Source: Gemmatimonadota bacterium (GTDB lineage: Bacteria > Latescibacterota > UBA2968 > UBA8231). From it: a stretch of DNA of 10,478 nt. A model generated the notes under the pieces. It ran no database searches and was not told the origin of the DNA. It worked only from the letters and a program-made list of their open reading frames with translations. Below, in pieces: positions 7,141 through 10,478 of the stretch. Location of the stretch: assembly GCA_038153405.1 (NCBI GenBank), contig JAYOYH010000091.1, forward strand, positions 1 through 10,478, read 5' to 3'. Position 1 is the stretch's first letter; the number at the start of each line of letters is the position of its first letter. Made by a program: the position numbers and the translations under genes.

Positions 7141-8571
7141 ATGAGCGACCGAATATTCTGGCTGCTCACAGCAGCGGCAGTCATCCTAGCGCATCTCCCA
7201 ACGCTCGATGCAGCCTTCGTCAAAGATGACTGGGCACTCATCCTCAGCGCAAGCCCATCGCCTAGCCGTGCGCTCACGCATTCTTGGCCAGGGGGATTCT
7301 TCCGCCCAAGCGCCGAAGTTTTCCTAGCGTTACAGCGCACGCTCTTTGCCACCAACGCCCTGCCCTACCATGTCGTTTCTCTACTCGTACACGCCCTGTC
7401 AGCGGCTGTGGCATACCGCATCTTCTCGCACCTATCCAACAGCGATCAAATCAGTAGAAATGCCACAGCGCTCTTTCTACTCCATCCATTACAAACGGAA
7501 AGTGTCAGCTGGGTTTCAGGGCAAATGAGCCTCTTTTCCGGTCTATGTGCCCTGTTAACCATTTACCTCACACTGTATAAGCGTCCAATAGCGAGCGCGG
7601 CCCTACTGGTCGTGGCGATCGTGGGCATGGGTTTCTACGAGAATTATTTCGCCGCGATTGTGCTCGTACTCTTTCTCTGCTTCGCCCTACCCGACGTCCG
7701 CACATCCATAACTCGCTGGAAGGCCATCGCGCTCATATTGGGCCTTCCACTCCTAAGCGCAGGCTACGCCTACTGGCGACTTGTCGAACTCGATCTGCGC
7801 GGGGGCAACTACGTCCTGTATACTGCACCTACTGCTATGCTGACAAATGCCGTCTATTACGCCTACCTGCTCTTGGGCGGCAGCGCCATCGGCGGACGCA
7901 TTGCCCACTATGCGCCAACGCTCGCCCTCGAGTGGCCTTATACGGCGTACTTAGTACCCCCTTTGCTCATTGCAACCGCAGCCGTCTTATCTGCGGCCCT
8001 TGCCATTCGACCGCATGCGTTGTGCACCTGGCCCACACTGCGCAGGCCATTGATTGGCTTGGCTGCGCTGTTTATAAGCCTGCTCCCGGCGCTCGTCCTA
8101 TCCGAACGCCCCCGACGACTATCCTATCTGGCTATCGTGATCTTCGCATTTATACTCTCGCTGGCCATCGACCATCTGCGCACCCACTCCACGCGACTCG
8201 GACGCGCCGCACTGCTGTCCATTGCCTGCCTGTCAGCTATCACGCTGTATGCGCGCAATGCAGACTGGCGCACGGCCGGTCAAATAGAGCGCGCGATTCC
8301 CCCGCTGATCGCAGCCTATCCACAGTGCAAGAGCGCCGTATTCGACGCACCCAACCTACTGGGCGATGCCCTCTTTTTTAATGCAATCTCCATGAGTATA
8401 TGGCTAAACCAACTCGGGCAAGAGGTCACAGTATACGATAGACAATCGCTCCAACAGGACTATTTGCCCATTCCAACGTGCCATTTCGTCTACCGCAATG
8501 GCACGTTTTTCCACGCACCTCAGCTGCTGCCACCGCGTTTTATTCGGGGGCAAAACTGGATACCCCATTGA
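7141..8571 (+). CDS. Multi-pass membrane protein, putative GT-C-fold glycosyltransferase (TMTC/PMT-like, no TPR)
   Basis: TM1 followed by FVKDDW (acidic DD motif, 7225-7230), FFRP, YHVVSLLVHA and FLLHPLQTESVSWVSG (HP-x3-E-x-V-x-W motif of TMTC-like proteins), a later RNADW, and many TM segments. ATG 7141 preferred; alternatives are ATG 7123 and TTG 7090. Confidence 0.75.
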   Translation: MSDRIFWLLTAAAVILAHLPTLDAAFVKDDWALILSASPSPSRALTHSWPGGFFRPSAEVFLALQRTLFATNALPYHVVSLLVHALSAAVAYRIFSHLSNSDQISRNATALFLLHPLQTESVSWVSGQMSLFSGLCALLTIYLTLYKRPIASAALLVVAIVGMGFYENYFAAIVLVLFLCFALPDVRTSITRWKAIALILGLPLLSAGYAYWRLVELDLRGGNYVLYTAPTAMLTNAVYYAYLLLGGSAIGGRIAHYAPTLALEWPYTAYLVPPLLIATAAVLSAALAIRPHALCTWPTLRRPLIGLAALFISLLPALVLSERPRRLSYLAIVIFAFILSLAIDHLRTHSTRLGRAALLSIACLSAITLYARNADWRTAGQIERAIPPLIAAYPQCKSAVFDAPNLLGDALFFNAISMSIWLNQLGQEVTVYDRQSLQQDYLPIPTCHFVYRNGTFFHAPQLLPPRFIRGQNWIPH

Positions 8572-8604
8572 TGCCTACGAAGAGCGCCTTCTACATCTTC
8601 GAAT

Positions 8605-8712
8605 AGGCGACGATGCGATAGCGCGCCGCTTACATCACGCGCTAAACCGCTCCCAGTGCGCTGCGAGTGCAGCCGAATCTATCGCTCCGGAAAAGGCGAC
8701 GATGCGATAGCG
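8605..8712. repeat. 19-bp perfect direct repeat, two copies
   Basis: AGGCGACGATGCGATAGCG at 8605-8623 (intergenic) and 8694-8712 (inside the PmoA-like CDS). Confidence 0.95.
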
Positions 8713-9471
8713 GTTGGTCGACGCAGCACCCTCTGCCAAATCCCAAGCAGCGGCGATGCAGCGGCTGGGGGAAATTCCCAACTGACCATCTACGCGCCAA
8801 GGCACCGGATGCTCGGCGTTGGCTGGGTGATCCATTATAGCCACGCCAGCCCCTTCCCGCTCTCCCTCAACCGGCATCCACACGGCAACCCAGCGCGCGC
8901 GCTGTCCCTCGGCTTCTGGATACGCATGGCCCGCGCTAGTAAGGACGGCTCCGCCCGCTTCCGAGCGGTAGGGCATGCGCAGAAATAACCCGCCATACTC
9001 GTATTGCCCAAAGCGCAGATCCGTGCGCGCCGTCAATGTCCACGTCATATCCAGCACGTAGGCATCGCCCGCCCGCATCAAAGTCCACTGCTGCTCCTCG
9101 TCTACCATAGCTGCGCCCTCAGGAGCACTCCACTGGCATTCGACGCTCCACGACGCGCAGTCGTCGCGCAGCAAAGGCGGGCCAAGCGGACGACAGGCGA
9201 ATCGGCCATCGCGGGCGCTATGGGCAGCCAATCCTTCCGTCCAAAAGCCAATGCCGTTTACGTCGTTGAGACCGACGTAGAGGCCGTGCTGCCAGGGATG
9301 GTGCCCCGGTGCGTTTTCCGTCAGCACGGCGCCGGCTTGCGGCGAGCGGAGCGGATGGATATAAGGCCGCCCGTTCTCCGGTGCTTCGTGCACCAGTACC
9401 GGCTGGCGACCATCGGCTGTTTTTATCTCTATCTGCTGCGTCGACTCTTTGCATACCCACGCTGGTTGCAT
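8635..9471 (-). CDS. PF14100 'PmoA-like' family soluble protein (not methane monooxygenase; function unknown, often near sugar catabolism genes)
   Basis: Motifs RPYIHPLRSP, HHPWQHGLY, YGGLFLRM, DHPAN-HP-PW, YRIVAFSG. RBS AAGGAG. No TM helices or signal peptide. Confidence 0.85.
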   Translation of the reverse strand: MQPAWVCKESTQQIEIKTADGRQPVLVHEAPENGRPYIHPLRSPQAGAVLTENAPGHHPWQHGLYVGLNDVNGIGFWTEGLAAHSARDGRFACRPLGPPLLRDDCASWSVECQWSAPEGAAMVDEEQQWTLMRAGDAYVLDMTWTLTARTDLRFGQYEYGGLFLRMPYRSEAGGAVLTSAGHAYPEAEGQRARWVAVWMPVEGEREGAGVAIMDHPANAEHPVPWRVDGQLGISPSRCIAAAWDLAEGAASTNRYRIVAFSGAIDSAALAAHWERFSA

Positions 9472-9497
9472 TCGATCTCCTTTCCCAAGTTTCAGCG

Positions 9498-9526
9498 ATT
9501 ATCGGCTCCCAGTTCCCCCCCGTCAA
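9498..9526 (-). promoter_or_regulatory. Putative sigma70 promoter for the PmoA-like gene
   Basis: TTGACG (9526-9521)-N17-GATAAT (9503-9498). Confidence 0.7.
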
Positions 9527-9532
9527 GCTCCA

Positions 9533-9560
9533 TTGCCCCATCGACCACGTTGCTTATATT
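9533..9560 (+). promoter_or_regulatory. Putative sigma70 promoter for the amidohydrolase gene
   Basis: TTGCCC (9533-9538)-N16-TATATT (9555-9560). Confidence 0.55.
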
Positions 9561-9583
9561 GATTGCCCCAAGAAAGGATCTTT

Positions 9584-10348
9584 ATGTGCATCGTCGATAC
9601 CCACTGCCACACGGGCGTTCACAAGTATGAGCCCATAGAGTCGCTACTCTACCACATGGAGACGTGTGGCGTCGACAAAGCCGTGCTTATCCAACACGCC
9701 GGCGAGACCGACAATAGCTACCACGTCGAGTGCCTGCAGCGCTTTCCTGGACGCTTTGCTTCAGCGATGATCGTCGCCGCCGATGACGACGGCCAAGCCA
9801 TTCACCGCTGGGCCGAGCAGGGCATCGTCGGCATCCGCCTGCCAGCCAACTCGCGCGCGACCGGCACCGATCCACTAGCGCACTGGCGCACAGCAGCCGA
9901 GTTGGATCTGGTTGTCAGCGCACCGTGCAATCCGCGCGCGCTATTAGGCGAGGAATTCACCGAAGTGTTGGACCGGTTTCCCGATCTGAGGATTTCCATT
10001 GAACACCTGGGCGGCATAGGTCACGGGGCACAGCCTCCCTACGACGAGTTTCGCCAGGCGCTAGCACTGGCCGAGCGCGAGCACCTGAGCATTAAGCTGC
10101 CCGGATTGGGCGAGTTCTGCTCGCTCCCCTATCCGTTTGCCGACGTGCCCCCGCTGGCCGATATGGCCATCGAAGCCTTCGGCCCACGGCGCGTCACCTG
10201 GGGCAGCGACTATCCGCCGGTCTCCTCGCGCGAGGGGTATGCGCACTCGCTTCGCGGCCCCCAACAGCATCTGGCATCGCTGAGCGAAGACGAGCGCGCT
10301 TGGATCTTTGGCAAGAGCGCGTTGGCCCTGTGGGGACTTATCCCTTAG
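9584..10348 (+). CDS. Amidohydrolase family 2 protein (sugar-lactonase-like, L-fuconolactonase type)
   Basis: IVDTHCH (HxH), GVDKAVLIQ, GIRL, IEHLG, SIKL, FGPRRVTWGSDYP, IFGKSA. ATG 9584 has an AAAGGA RBS, so it is preferred over TTG 9563. Confidence 0.88.
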   Translation: MCIVDTHCHTGVHKYEPIESLLYHMETCGVDKAVLIQHAGETDNSYHVECLQRFPGRFASAMIVAADDDGQAIHRWAEQGIVGIRLPANSRATGTDPLAHWRTAAELDLVVSAPCNPRALLGEEFTEVLDRFPDLRISIEHLGGIGHGAQPPYDEFRQALALAEREHLSIKLPGLGEFCSLPYPFADVPPLADMAIEAFGPRRVTWGSDYPPVSSREGYAHSLRGPQQHLASLSEDERAWIFGKSALALWGLIP

Positions 10349-10385
10349 CGCGCTCATCACCAGCCCGTAGATCCGCCCAGAACGA

Positions 10386-10420
10386 AAAAATCCTCGGCGT
10401 CTGTTTCGCCGAGGATTTTT
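10386..10420. terminator. Bidirectional intrinsic terminator between amidohydrolase and tRNA
   Basis: Perfect 14-bp inverted repeat AAAAATCCTCGGCG-tctgttt-CGCCGAGGATTTTT, giving a U-tract on both strands. Confidence 0.92.
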
Positions 10421-10424
10421 AACA

Positions 10425-10478
10425 TGGTGCCGAAGCGGGGACTCGAACCCCGACGCCCGAAGGCACTACCCCCTCAAG
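10425..10478 (-). tRNA. tRNA-Leu(GAG), 3' portion (5' end outside the window)
   Basis: Minus strand CTTGAGGGGGTAGTGCCTTCGGGCGTCGGGGTTCGAGTCCCCGCTTCGGCACCA: anticodon GAG (10475-10473), long variable arm GCC-TTCG-GGC, T-loop TTCGAGT, discriminator A, encoded CCA. Confidence 0.95.

Noticed and set aside
8605..8712. CRISPR mini-array or IS target-site duplication
   Set aside because: Only two 19-bp copies, one inside a CDS, with a 70-bp gap. No cas genes, transposase or terminal inverted repeats.
8635..9471. Particulate methane monooxygenase subunit, suggested by the 'PmoA' family name
   Set aside because: True PmoA is a multi-pass membrane protein in a pmoCAB operon. This protein has no TM helices and no pmoB/pmoC neighbours.
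9563..9583. ORF-track TTG start for the amidohydrolase
   Set aside because: The extension contains the AAAGGA RBS for ATG 9584, and the family normally begins just before the DxHxH motif.
8498..10360. Alternate ORFs such as 9004..9630 (+), 9218..9541 (-) and 10061..10360 (-)
   Set aside because: Arg/Ala/Pro-rich antisense or frame-shadow ORFs overlapping the PF14100 and amidohydrolase genes.
8572..10478. Genomic island integrated at the tRNA-Leu 3' end
   Set aside because: No integrase, no second copy of the tRNA 3' end seen in the window, and the tRNA is followed directly by its terminator.

Overview
GC-rich bacterial chromosomal window with no mobile element or CRISPR array. The left half (minus strand) is a type IX secretion system (T9SS) cluster: a 1243-aa PorU-like C25/gingipain-family protein, then PorV, then the 5' end of another secreted protein that runs off the window edge. 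Divergent from porU is a stand-alone rpmB (L28) with its terminator. Next come a 100-aa acidic hypothetical gene with an apparent sigma54 promoter, a Trm112/YcaR-like gene, a 3-TM hypothetical protein, a GT-C-fold (TMTC-like) membrane glycosyltransferase, a divergent PF14100 'PmoA-like'/amidohydrolase-2 pair, a bidirectional terminator and the 3' part of tRNA-Leu(GAG). T9SS genes together with AGGAG-type Shine-Dalgarno sites and TTGACA-type promoters point to a non-Bacteroidia FCB-group organism (Latescibacterota-like; inference). The most striking observation is that the PorU-like sortase keeps the catalytic His motif (GHG, H771) but has Ser806 (AGT) where C25 enzymes have the catalytic Cys, and has no Cys anywhere after residue 47. 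All calls are by-eye motif recognition; no searches were run.
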